The notes below the pieces were generated by a model. The model searched no databases and was not told the DNA's origin. It saw only the letters and a program-made list of their open reading frames with translations. The position numbers and the translations under genes are program-made. Positions 19,107-28,357 of a DNA stretch of 63,123 nucleotides are shown here, piece after piece (positions within the stretch are counted from its first letter, which is position 1; the number at the start of each line of letters is the position of its first letter). The DNA is from an uncultured virus (IMG/VR IMGVR_UViG_3300029928_000270) (Duplodnaviria > Heunggongvirae > Uroviricota > Caudoviricetes), in the IMG/VR virus record IMGVR_UViG_3300029928_000270; one strand, 5' to 3'.

Positions 19107-19718
19107 ATGGAGGGCGGAGATTTGGAAAGTACATTAAAAGCATTTCAGTTCGGAATAATGGATGGGTATTCAGAAATTCCCGAAGGTGTTTGGGGTCTGT
19201 TAAGTGACATGACGAAGAACCCTCAGAAACCTATACCTTATGTGTATGATATTGTAAAAGCTGGCATGGAAGGGAGAATTGATATCCATGCACCGTTTTA
19301 CTTAGATGCTTACTGTAGAGCAATTGAGAGCAATACAAAGATTGCAGAGTTCTCAAAAGCTAAGAAAGTTTTGCATTGTGTCGATGAGATATCGGGAACT
19401 GACAAGTCTGACTGTATGGTAGGCTACGGAGATATAAGTTTATCCAAAGTAAGTCTTGTTGCACGTATGGAAGATGCTTTTGAAAAACTTGCAGATGATG
19501 ACGAGTTAATGTATGCATTGTCGCAGGTTAAGGGTATGAATGATAAATTCATTGTAGAGCATTCAGTTGATTTGGTAACCACATTAAAGTATGCAGTTAA
19601 GGGTATTCCTGCAGCAGTTACTAAACTGAGAGCAGTATGCAATGAGTTTTCAGATATAGCGGAATATGTACGAGTAATTTTGAGTTCTGGCAGAGACTTG
19701 AATGAGTTGTTTGCTTAG
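19107..19718 (+). CDS. hypothetical protein
   Basis: 203 aa ORF. Confidence 0.6.
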   Translation: MEGGDLESTLKAFQFGIMDGYSEIPEGVWGLLSDMTKNPQKPIPYVYDIVKAGMEGRIDIHAPFYLDAYCRAIESNTKIAEFSKAKKVLHCVDEISGTDKSDCMVGYGDISLSKVSLVARMEDAFEKLADDDELMYALSQVKGMNDKFIVEHSVDLVTTLKYAVKGIPAAVTKLRAVCNEFSDIAEYVRVILSSGRDLNELFA

Positions 19719-19759
19719 AGGGTATCTATTTAGATAGAAGGGAGAGGTGCATCAATGAT

Positions 19760-20788
19760 TTGAGAAGTTTTGCTTTTGGTAAGGATTTAGATACAATACT
19801 TCTGTTTGATATTTACAATTCCATACAGTGTTCAAGATACTATTTTTACAAGTATTGTGGAGTTAAGGCAGAAGAAGCGATGCAGTTGACATTGCTCCAT
19901 GCATTGACACATTATGATGCAAGCAGTGGAGATATGGGCGCATATGTTCGTTCTTTGGCGAGAACTATCCTAAAAGATAGATATGCAAACACGGTAACTC
20001 CAGTTGACTTCATTGAAAATACTACTATGGAAACTGGTAAGATAGGCAGTGTTGAAGATGAGGTATTGGAGTATTTGGTTGAAGAGGATTGTTATACTGA
20101 GGTGTCAAAGTTAGCACTTACTTGTATGAGTCAGTTCGTAGTTATGTGTGATGCATTAGAACGAAAAGATGTATCCACTTTGTATGTGCCAGACTATTTT
20201 GCAACGGAGTGTTTATCACTTCAGGGAAGATATGACTCTTTCTTTGTTGTATGTCACGAACTTTACAATACATATAAGGATGATTTCCTTAAGTTTATTG
20301 AAACTGATAAAGAGTGTGAATGGGGAGAGGCTAACTTTACGTTTATTAACTCCCAGAAAAGTGACAGAGTAAAGCTAATAAGCAGGGTAACTGGTCAGTT
20401 ATCGAAAGACCCCGACTTAGAAGATTGTTATGTTAAGGGTAATTTAGGAAACAAGTGCATAGTTAGTATTCCTTATGTTAGTCAGTTAAATAAGATGTGC
20501 AACATGATTGACGAAGAGGGTATTAACGCTATGCGTTTTACAATAGGCGACGAGTACGTTATACGTACTTTAGGCGGAAGTACTTCTGTTTTAAGTCCAA
20601 GTTTGTTCAATGAGTATGACTTGTGTGAAGCAGAGATACTTACAAACCTCTTGAGGTTTACTGGTGGGAGGTTTTTATGCAAGGGTTCAAGAAATATGTA
20701 TTTCTTAGTCCAAAAATTGCATAAGATACCAGTAATCAATGTAAGGGGAGTGACTTTGACATTTGATGTTAAAGTAGAGTTAGAGTAG
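19760..20788 (+). CDS. RNA polymerase sigma-factor-like protein (ECF-type region 2 at N-terminus)
   Basis: AEEAMQLTLLHALTHYDASSGDMGAYVRSLARTILKDRY matches the sigma region 2 pattern AEDxxQExFLxAxxxYDxxxGxFxxWxxxIARNxxxD. Confidence 0.55.
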   Translation: MRSFAFGKDLDTILLFDIYNSIQCSRYYFYKYCGVKAEEAMQLTLLHALTHYDASSGDMGAYVRSLARTILKDRYANTVTPVDFIENTTMETGKIGSVEDEVLEYLVEEDCYTEVSKLALTCMSQFVVMCDALERKDVSTLYVPDYFATECLSLQGRYDSFFVVCHELYNTYKDDFLKFIETDKECEWGEANFTFINSQKSDRVKLISRVTGQLSKDPDLEDCYVKGNLGNKCIVSIPYVSQLNKMCNMIDEEGINAMRFTIGDEYVIRTLGGSTSVLSPSLFNEYDLCEAEILTNLLRFTGGRFLCKGSRNMYFLVQKLHKIPVINVRGVTLTFDVKVELE

Positions 20789-20803
20789 TTGGAGGTAAAG
20801 CAT

Positions 20804-21208
20804 ATGCTTTTGTTAAGTTGTAAGCAGGTAACTGGAATAAATGCAGTGAGCATTCACAAGGATGGGTATTTGTTACAGAAGACGGTTACACGTTTACCTA
20901 AGGATTTAGGATTGTATGGTAATTACATTGAGGGTTTTAAGAGAGCGTTCATTGCGTTGAGTTTGTATATGGAGCGTAATGGGTATGATGAGAGTGTAGT
21001 TGTCGAGTGTAACAGTGAAGTGTTTGTAAACTGGTTGAAGTCCGGTTCCTGTCCAAAGGAGTTTGCTGAAAAGTTCAAGGAGATGTGGATGGAACTTGAT
21101 AAGCTGCCTGTCATGTACACGGTTGTAAGGAGTAAGAAGGTGCAGGCGGAGAGGTACGCTAAAGAGTCAGAGTTACCTAAGTATAAGTTAGAGTCACTTG
21201 ACATTTGA
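20804..21208 (+). CDS. RNase H-like fold protein, probably inactive
   Basis: VVVECNSEVFVNWL corresponds to the VxxxGDSxLVVNxL motif. Confidence 0.45.
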   Translation: MLLLSCKQVTGINAVSIHKDGYLLQKTVTRLPKDLGLYGNYIEGFKRAFIALSLYMERNGYDESVVVECNSEVFVNWLKSGSCPKEFAEKFKEMWMELDKLPVMYTVVRSKKVQAERYAKESELPKYKLESLDI

Positions 21209-21229
21209 TTTTGTAGTTGGAGGTAGGAC

Positions 21230-24200
21230 ATGCTTAGAGGTACTTTACTTTATGCAGATGGAGAGAACACATACAAGTATAACTTAGAGTGTGCAGATAA
21301 TATGCTAACATTCTCAGGCAGAATAACATCGAGCAGTTATAATGCTTTACAGTTCTTAGAGACTGGGGCATCTTCGGAGCAGATGTTCGGCAAAGGGGTA
21401 TGTGAGGAAGTTTTTCTTGAAAAAAGACGTTTTGATGTAGGCGCAACTAACTGCAAGATTGAAACTCTTGTGTTAGAGGACGAGGAGAAAGGTGTAGCTC
21501 CATTCAAGTGGGTACCTAATACTGTTTTCTTCGTTAAGTTAGCCACTTTAATAAGATATATCAAAAACAATTGTAGCCACAAGAACGAAGAGGGGTATAC
21601 AGGTTTAGCTGAGGCTTCAGATGACTTCTTTGCAAGTGTGACGACACGTTATAAGGTTCCTTTAGGTGACTCAGCATATGCAAGGGTAAGGCTTGATATG
21701 GGATATATCAAGAGTATCCATTTTAATTTCAATGGGTATACTTTAGACTTGGAAGATGAGTTCGTAGCGTATCCCGAACCTTTTGGGAAGATTGAAACTA
21801 ATGTGTTATGTGGTCTTTCTTTCACAAAAGAGTATCTTGGCTTTGAAGTAGTTCATAAGTTTAAGCCAGTCATAGATGAGTATACAACTTCTCTCATGTA
21901 TGAAAATTTACAGGAGATTATTGATGCTAACCCTGATAAAGACTTTGCATGGTTGAGAGAGAAGAAATATGAAATAGTTACGGATGAAACCTTAGATGAG
22001 ATATGTGCCAGCATAAGAAACCATGACGGCTTAGTATACTTCGATACCGAAACCACAGGACTTACGTTTAACTTTAAGTGCGAGGTTGGTGAAGGTGATA
22101 AACTTGTAGGTATTATATTATCGTACAAGTATGGTGAGTCTTACTATTTCCCAGTTCGCATGAAGCGCATCAAGAACCTTTGTAATGATGATGATGTATA
22201 CTTTATGGAGCATTACATGAAGCCAATTCTTGAGGGTAAGAACTTGGTAGTTCATAACCTCGAATTCGACTGGAGGGTATGTTATGTTTACGGTATAAAT
22301 GCAAATATCGTACACGATACCATGCTTCTGTTTAAGGTAACTTTAGGGTCTGAAAGACCAGATATGACTGTTAAGTTGAAAGAGTTAACACGTCAGATTT
22401 TGAAACGTGACTCTTTGGAATTAAGTGATTTGGTTAAGACCGATAAGTGGGGCGAGAGTGATATCACCTTTGATGATTTATCAGAGGAATTGACGAGATT
22501 GTATGCTTGCCCCGATACAGACAACCTTATTGGTCTATTGGATTTTGCCACTAAGAATAATCTGTTACAGCGGTATAATGCTACTAAGGTATATCAGATT
22601 GAAATCAACTTTACATATGCAGTTGCTTATCAGGAGTATTATGGTCACTTGGTAGACCTTAAGCGCTTGGAGCAGTTAAAGGCGGAAGTGACTGAGGGTA
22701 TTGCAAACTGCATGGCTAAGATGGAAGAGATTGCAGGGCATAAGTTTAATCCCAACTCATCTCCTCAGTTGCTTAAAATCATGTATGATGAGTTAATGAT
22801 ACCTGCTCAGTACGACAGACAGAGTGGTAGACGTACAACAAGTAAGGATGCCCTTAAGTATCTTGCGGAGTTAACTGATGTTGAGGGTAATGTAAAGTAT
22901 CCTTTTGTTAAGTGGTTGCAGGAGTATCGTGTATACGAGGCAGTTCGTAAGGTAATTGACGCATTCCCTACCTTGATAACCAAAGATGGGTATTTGTTCA
23001 GTAAGGTTGACCAGTTTAAGTCAACAGGTCGTGTCAGTGTAAAAGACCCGAATTATCAGTCGTATAACGATACTATGAAGAAGTACATCGTTCCCAGACC
23101 TGGGTATTACATGACAGACCAAGACTACAGCTCGGTAGAGTCACGTATTCTCGTTTCTATTGTAGGAAATACGGAAACAGTTGAGGCTTTTAAAGACCCA
23201 GATTTTGACTATCACCGTTCAAGAGCATCTCGTATGTTCTCAGTTCCCTATGAAGCGGTTACAAGTGCGTTAAGAAAGCAGTCGAAAGGTGTAAACTTTG
23301 GTTTATTCTATGGTATGGCTGACCCGTCATTAGGATGTCATATTTTCGGTGAGGAAACTCCAGAAAACACTAAGAAGGCGGCGGCATTACGTGCCAAGTA
23401 CTTTGTAGGCATGGAAGATGTAGAACGTGCCATGGAGAGATGGAGAAATGACAGTGTAGCAAATGGGTATACATCCACTTACTTTGGTCGTAGAAGATAT
23501 TATGATAGAAATAAATTTTCTAAGTCTAAAATAAAGCGTCAAGGTGGGAACCAGGTGATACAAGGCACTGCGGCAGATATTTACAAAATGGCAGTTGGAA
23601 ACCTTTTCAAGCGTATATGTAAAGAAGGTTGGTTAGGCAAGGTAATCTTCACTGCTTTTGTACATGATGAGTTGCTTTCAGAAGTAAGTACAGATATTCA
23701 CCCGTCAGACTGGCTGAGGGTATCTCAGGAAGAGTTCCAGGTTAAGATAGAGGGTTGGTGTCCTCTGTACATGGGTTTTGGGTATGGAGATAACTGGTAT
23801 CAGGCGAAAAAGACTGAAATACCTATTCAGTTGCAGTACAAAATGATTGAGGATTTCAAGGGTACTGGTCTTGATTGGAATGGTATCCCCTCAGATTTCT
23901 GCAAGCAGTTACCTAAGTGCATAGATAACTTTACTAAGTCATCAGTAGACGAATACTTGGTTGACAGTTCAAATTATGGTGGGTACATGAAGACCAGTAT
24001 TTATTCTTCTATGATGGATATTCTGTCAGATACTCTTGGAAAAGGTAATGTTCCGAAGGCTCTCGATGACATGATTGCAAAATACTGCGAGATTAGAGGT
24101 ATATCTGTTCCTGCAGGTAGCTTCGTTGAAGCTAAGTTGGATGGAAAGGGTGCAGACATTGAAGCAGACAATTTAGTCAATACTTCTTTCAATATGGGTG

Positions 24201-24493
24201 ACGATGAAGAAGAAATGAGCATAGCAGAAAAGCAGAGAGTTAGGGATTTACGTATTGAAACTCTCGGTCTGTACTTGGATATTGATGAAAAGACTGTATA
24301 TCTGAAACTTGTACCTAAGTATTTTCTTGACCTTATTAAAGGCAGAACCAACATGGAAGGTGTTGGGTATAATATAGTGTTTGTAGACTCAGCTAAGAAA
24401 ACCAATTATACAACTAAGTCTTACTTAGACTCAGGTTCCATTGAGGATATTCAGAGTATGTATATTACTTATATGAACCAAATCAGTGTTTAA
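21230..24493 (+). CDS. polA: family A DNA polymerase with 3'-5' exonuclease
   Basis: DTETTG, HNLEFD; DYSSVESRIL (motif A), RKQSKGVNFGLFYG (B), QGTAADIYK, VHDE (C). Confidence 0.93.
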   Translation: MLRGTLLYADGENTYKYNLECADNMLTFSGRITSSSYNALQFLETGASSEQMFGKGVCEEVFLEKRRFDVGATNCKIETLVLEDEEKGVAPFKWVPNTVFFVKLATLIRYIKNNCSHKNEEGYTGLAEASDDFFASVTTRYKVPLGDSAYARVRLDMGYIKSIHFNFNGYTLDLEDEFVAYPEPFGKIETNVLCGLSFTKEYLGFEVVHKFKPVIDEYTTSLMYENLQEIIDANPDKDFAWLREKKYEIVTDETLDEICASIRNHDGLVYFDTETTGLTFNFKCEVGEGDKLVGIILSYKYGESYYFPVRMKRIKNLCNDDDVYFMEHYMKPILEGKNLVVHNLEFDWRVCYVYGINANIVHDTMLLFKVTLGSERPDMTVKLKELTRQILKRDSLELSDLVKTDKWGESDITFDDLSEELTRLYACPDTDNLIGLLDFATKNNLLQRYNATKVYQIEINFTYAVAYQEYYGHLVDLKRLEQLKAEVTEGIANCMAKMEEIAGHKFNPNSSPQLLKIMYDELMIPAQYDRQSGRRTTSKDALKYLAELTDVEGNVKYPFVKWLQEYRVYEAVRKVIDAFPTLITKDGYLFSKVDQFKSTGRVSVKDPNYQSYNDTMKKYIVPRPGYYMTDQDYSSVESRILVSIVGNTETVEAFKDPDFDYHRSRASRMFSVPYEAVTSALRKQSKGVNFGLFYGMADPSLGCHIFGEETPENTKKAAALRAKYFVGMEDVERAMERWRNDSVANGYTSTYFGRRRYYDRNKFSKSKIKRQGGNQVIQGTAADIYKMAVGNLFKRICKEGWLGKVIFTAFVHDELLSEVSTDIHPSDWLRVSQEEFQVKIEGWCPLYMGFGYGDNWYQAKKTEIPIQLQYKMIEDFKGTGLDWNGIPSDFCKQLPKCIDNFTKSSVDEYLVDSSNYGGYMKTSIYSSMMDILSDTLGKGNVPKALDDMIAKYCEIRGISVPAGSFVEAKLDGKGADIEADNLVNTSFNMGDDEEEMSIAEKQRVRDLRIETLGLYLDIDEKTVYLKLVPKYFLDLIKGRTNMEGVGYNIVFVDSAKKTNYTTKSYLDSGSIEDIQSMYITYMNQISV

Positions 24494-24500
24494 GTTCAGC

Positions 24501-24529
24501 TTGACTTAGAGGCAGTTGTATGGTATAAT
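24501..24529 (+). promoter_or_regulatory. sigma-A-type promoter
   Basis: TTGACT-17-TATAAT, AGTTGTATGGTATAAT. Confidence 0.8.
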
Positions 24530-24562
24530 AATTAAAATAATAAAGTAAAGTTGGTGACAGTC

Positions 24563-24925
24563 ATGGAAGAACCCAAAGTTGGGTATGCAGGTTATGAAGA
24601 TACAAGAACTTTTGATAATGATAAGGATTACTTAGAGGGTTTCTTTTATCCTTGCATCATACTTGATTTGGCAGGTGTGGATGTGCCAAAAAGCAGAATG
24701 CAGACGTTAAAGAGTATGATTGACGGTTCTTCCGTAGATACCAATATTACGGTTGAGCCGGTGAACTTGTACTTCAAGACAGAGAGTAAAACTGTTTTAG
24801 TTGGCAAGTTGCAGGCACGTCAGATAAAGTCGTTCATGAAGTTGTTTGACAGTGTTCCTAAAGTTGGGTATTTAACCGCTGATAAGCAGTTGGAAGGCGA
24901 CATGATTTATGTTTTATCTACATGA
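24563..24925 (+). CDS. hypothetical protein
   Basis: ORF after promoter. Confidence 0.55.
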   Translation: MEEPKVGYAGYEDTRTFDNDKDYLEGFFYPCIILDLAGVDVPKSRMQTLKSMIDGSSVDTNITVEPVNLYFKTESKTVLVGKLQARQIKSFMKLFDSVPKVGYLTADKQLEGDMIYVLST

Positions 24926-24938
24926 GGAGGATTAAGAA

Positions 24939-25913
24939 ATGGATGCAAATGTAAGTGCAATTACAGAAGAGCAGTTAATGAACCTTAAGGCAGGTTCCTT
25001 TATCAGTGGTGTGCTTCTTATCCAGAGTTATTCTGAAAAGACGACAAAGAATGGAAAGCCGTATATTGACGGTATGCTTCAGTCGGGTGCTTCGACTCTT
25101 GCTTTCAAGTGTTGGAATAACTCATCAGCGTATACGAAGTTACACTCAGAAGAGTACAGTGGTGTAGTAGCCTATGTAAGTGGTGAAGTGCAGGAATATC
25201 AGGGTATGCTTTCTGCAGTAGTTGGTGATGTAGCCGCAGTAGATGGTTTTGACATCTCCATGTTCTTGAAAAAGAGATACAATGTAGACTCCTACTGGGC
25301 AGGTTTACGGGATAACTATATGAGTTCTCTTGTAAGTACTAAGTGCATGGGTCTGTTTGACAAGATTTTCTCAGGAGATGTGTTAAGCGCATTTAAGAGA
25401 GAGTTCGCAGCTGCAGGTCACCATGACAACTGCTTAGGCGGTCTGTTAGCACATACCTATAAAATGGTAATGCTCGGAGGTGCAATTCCGAAGTTGTATC
25501 CAAGCCTTTTCACGGTTCAGGGTGAAAAGGAAAAATCTCAGGATAAAGTTGATATCTTCTTGTTGGGTATTTGTATCCATGATATAGGAAAAATAATGGA
25601 GATGCACTTAGGCGTGTATCAGCCATGTTCAAGGGTAACCCACCGCATCTTGGGTATTGAGATAATCGAACCTTACAAAGCTGATATCGTTGAAGCATAC
25701 GGAGAAGTGGCTTATTATGACTTAGTCAGCATTCTTGTACAGCATCATGATGAGTATGATGATAAGGCAAGAACAGTAGTTGCGTATGCAGTGTTCTTGC
25801 TCGACAATATGGAGTCTAAGTTTATGGGACTTCAGCAGGAAGTAGAAGAGCGTGTAATGGGTACTGGTAACGATGCGAGAGTTCGTTTCGATGACCATTA
25901 TCTGTACTTATAG
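24939..25913 (+). CDS. YhaM/Cbf1-like OB-fold + HD 3'-5' exonuclease
   Basis: KTTKNGKPYI OB fold; AAGHHDNCLGGLLAHT; IHDIGK; QHH. Confidence 0.85.
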   Translation: MDANVSAITEEQLMNLKAGSFISGVLLIQSYSEKTTKNGKPYIDGMLQSGASTLAFKCWNNSSAYTKLHSEEYSGVVAYVSGEVQEYQGMLSAVVGDVAAVDGFDISMFLKKRYNVDSYWAGLRDNYMSSLVSTKCMGLFDKIFSGDVLSAFKREFAAAGHHDNCLGGLLAHTYKMVMLGGAIPKLYPSLFTVQGEKEKSQDKVDIFLLGICIHDIGKIMEMHLGVYQPCSRVTHRILGIEIIEPYKADIVEAYGEVAYYDLVSILVQHHDEYDDKARTVVAYAVFLLDNMESKFMGLQQEVEERVMGTGNDARVRFDDHYLYL

Positions 25914-25922
25914 GAGGTAGTT

Positions 25923-26900
25923 ATGACAGATACAGCACAGTGGGATAAGCATAAGAAAGACGGGTATCGCCTTGGTTTTTCCGATTACGAACATCAGTAT
26001 ATGGCGGCACTCAAAGATATAATGGAGTATGGTTTCAGTGACGGTGTAAATGAGAGAACGGCTCATGCCACCAAGAGATTGCCGGGAATTGTTATGAGAG
26101 TGGATGTTGGTACGCAGTTTCCTATCCTTAAGTCAAAGAAGGTATACTGGAAGTCAGCAATCGAAGAGATACTTTGGATTATGCAACGCCAGTCTAACAA
26201 TATCCACGACTTAAGACCACACATTTGGGACAGTTGGGCGGATAAAGATGGTAGCATTGGAAGTGCCTATGGGTATCAGATAAATCGACCTGTAGTTATC
26301 AATATCATAGGTGAAACACGTTATTATCCAAATCAGGTTGCTTTTGTGTTGGAATATCTAAAAGAGTTTCCTAACGGCAGATGGGCAACACTTACACTGT
26401 TAAATCCAACTGAGATGTACAAAATGAACTTAGTTCCTTGCTGTCATACCTCTACATGGAATTTGGACGGTGGCAAGTTGAATTGTGTTCTTGACCAGAG
26501 AAGTGGTGATATGCCAGTAGGTGTTCCTTTTAACACTACTCAGTATGCAGCATTGATGTGTCTTTTTGCACGGCATCTTGGTGTAGAGCCTGGAGTTTTA
26601 ACTCACGTTATCGCAGATGCTCATGTGTATGATAATCAGATGGAATTGGTTGAAAAGCAGTTACGTGAGTTTCAGTCACTCAAGGATGGGTATAGCCTTG
26701 ACAATGGTAGACGTGCAGATGATGCAGTAGAAGGAAAAGACTCAGCAAAAGAGGGGTATGTTGATGGAGATGCAATTCGCTATTCCAGACCCAAATTGGT
26801 CATTGAGGGGGATACGGATTTTTGGAAGGTAGACATTTCCAATATTAAGGTAGTGGATTATGTAAGTAATTCATTTATCCCTTATCCAGTTGTAGAATAG
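25923..26900 (+). CDS. thyA: thymidylate synthase
   Basis: FPILKSKKV, EILW, LVPCCH, QRSGDMPVGVPFN, DAHVYDN. Confidence 0.95.
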   Translation: MTDTAQWDKHKKDGYRLGFSDYEHQYMAALKDIMEYGFSDGVNERTAHATKRLPGIVMRVDVGTQFPILKSKKVYWKSAIEEILWIMQRQSNNIHDLRPHIWDSWADKDGSIGSAYGYQINRPVVINIIGETRYYPNQVAFVLEYLKEFPNGRWATLTLLNPTEMYKMNLVPCCHTSTWNLDGGKLNCVLDQRSGDMPVGVPFNTTQYAALMCLFARHLGVEPGVLTHVIADAHVYDNQMELVEKQLREFQSLKDGYSLDNGRRADDAVEGKDSAKEGYVDGDAIRYSRPKLVIEGDTDFWKVDISNIKVVDYVSNSFIPYPVVE

Positions 26901-27114
26901 TAGTTGAAGTGCCACTTGATTTTGATTTATACTTATTCAGTTTTAAGTGACACTTTTCTTATGTAATAAAGTGTCGTTTTAGAAGTAGTTACCTTAGAGG
27001 TTTTTAATGTGTTATTTTACACTATAAATTTGAAGGTAACTATTTGTGTTTCATTTTGGTTGAGTTAGACTATAAGTCTATTTCAATAATAAAATTTCCA
27101 CAGGGAGGAAAGTT

Positions 27115-28167
27115 ATGAAGAAAAGAAGTTTAGTTGCAGTAGTAATGTGTATGCTTTTAGCATTCGCATTAGTTGGGTGCGGAAAGAAAGCAGATGCTAA
27201 GACACTGATTGAGACTGCATTCAATCAGTTAAAGGATGCAAAATCCTATGAGGGTAATGTGACCTTTGATGTAGGTGTATCCATGGCAAATGAGGATGCA
27301 TCTCAGACCACAGCAATGGGTATTGGTGGCAATATGGATATGACAACTTTTACTGCTGAGGACGGTACAGTTACGGATTATAATAAGGTTTCTGTAACAG
27401 TAGACCTTTTTGGTTTCTCTCAGGCAGTTGAAACTGAAGAGTATGTTGTAACCACTGAAGACGGGGTAACTACATATACTTTATCAGACGGTGTTTGGTC
27501 TAAGACAGTTAGTGAAGCTGAGGACAAGGCAGAGGAAGCTAAGAGCGAATTATCAAACTTAGACTTGTCCAGTTTATACTCATTATTTACAATCGCTGAT
27601 AAGACAGAGAACTTAAACGGATATGATTGCTATGTTCTTGATGCAGTTCTGACACAGGACAGTATTGCAGATATTATGGCTCAGATACCCGCAGACTCAG
27701 AAGCTGGCAAAGCTCTTGAGAGTTATTCTGCAATAAAAGATAAACTGGATTTCAGCATTGCAGTTAAGATTTACGTTGACAAAGAGTCTGGCAATTTGGT
27801 TTCCTTAAGTGTGAGCCTTGACAATATTTCAGAAGATACCTTAAAGGAACTGTTCAGCAGTAGCACTGGAGATGCTGATGTAACTGTATCAGTAGATAAG
27901 TTCGCTTTCAGCGTTTCCTTTGCAAATATTGATGAGGTAGGCGGAATTGACATTCCCGAAGATGCATTAAACGCTGAAGAGGGCACTGTCATATCAGGCG
28001 ATATCATCAATGCCAGTGGCGAAGATACAGGCTTTGGGTATTACGATGGTATTGGCGGAGATTATCTCATCGAAGATGATACTGTTGAGGAAATCGAAGA
28101 TGCTGACATTACCTTTGAAGATGAGGACAAGTCCGCAGAAGATGTAGAGTCCAAGGACAACAAGTAA
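27115..28167 (+). CDS. lipoprotein (LolA/LppX-like, DUF6612-like)
   Basis: Signal peptide with LVGC lipobox; acidic. Confidence 0.7.
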   Translation: MKKRSLVAVVMCMLLAFALVGCGKKADAKTLIETAFNQLKDAKSYEGNVTFDVGVSMANEDASQTTAMGIGGNMDMTTFTAEDGTVTDYNKVSVTVDLFGFSQAVETEEYVVTTEDGVTTYTLSDGVWSKTVSEAEDKAEEAKSELSNLDLSSLYSLFTIADKTENLNGYDCYVLDAVLTQDSIADIMAQIPADSEAGKALESYSAIKDKLDFSIAVKIYVDKESGNLVSLSVSLDNISEDTLKELFSSSTGDADVTVSVDKFAFSVSFANIDEVGGIDIPEDALNAEEGTVISGDIINASGEDTGFGYYDGIGGDYLIEDDTVEEIEDADITFEDEDKSAEDVESKDNK

Positions 28168-28185
28168 GCCCTCGGGTATTTATTC

Positions 28186-28219
28186 AGACCGCTTTGAGTA
28201 ACATCAGAGCGGTCTTTTT
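28186..28219 (+). terminator. Intrinsic terminator
   Basis: AGACCGCTTTGA/TCAGAGCGGTCT + TTTT. Confidence 0.75.
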
Positions 28220-28357
28220 ATGCCCATTTTTATTTGTTGTGAGTTAATATCTCCTTGTAATATGTTGTCATTTTGATATATTGCAATATGGTTGTAATTA
28301 CAGAAATAAATTTTATTTGTTTTGGGGAAATTATGCAGTTTGGAGGTCTTGAAAGCT

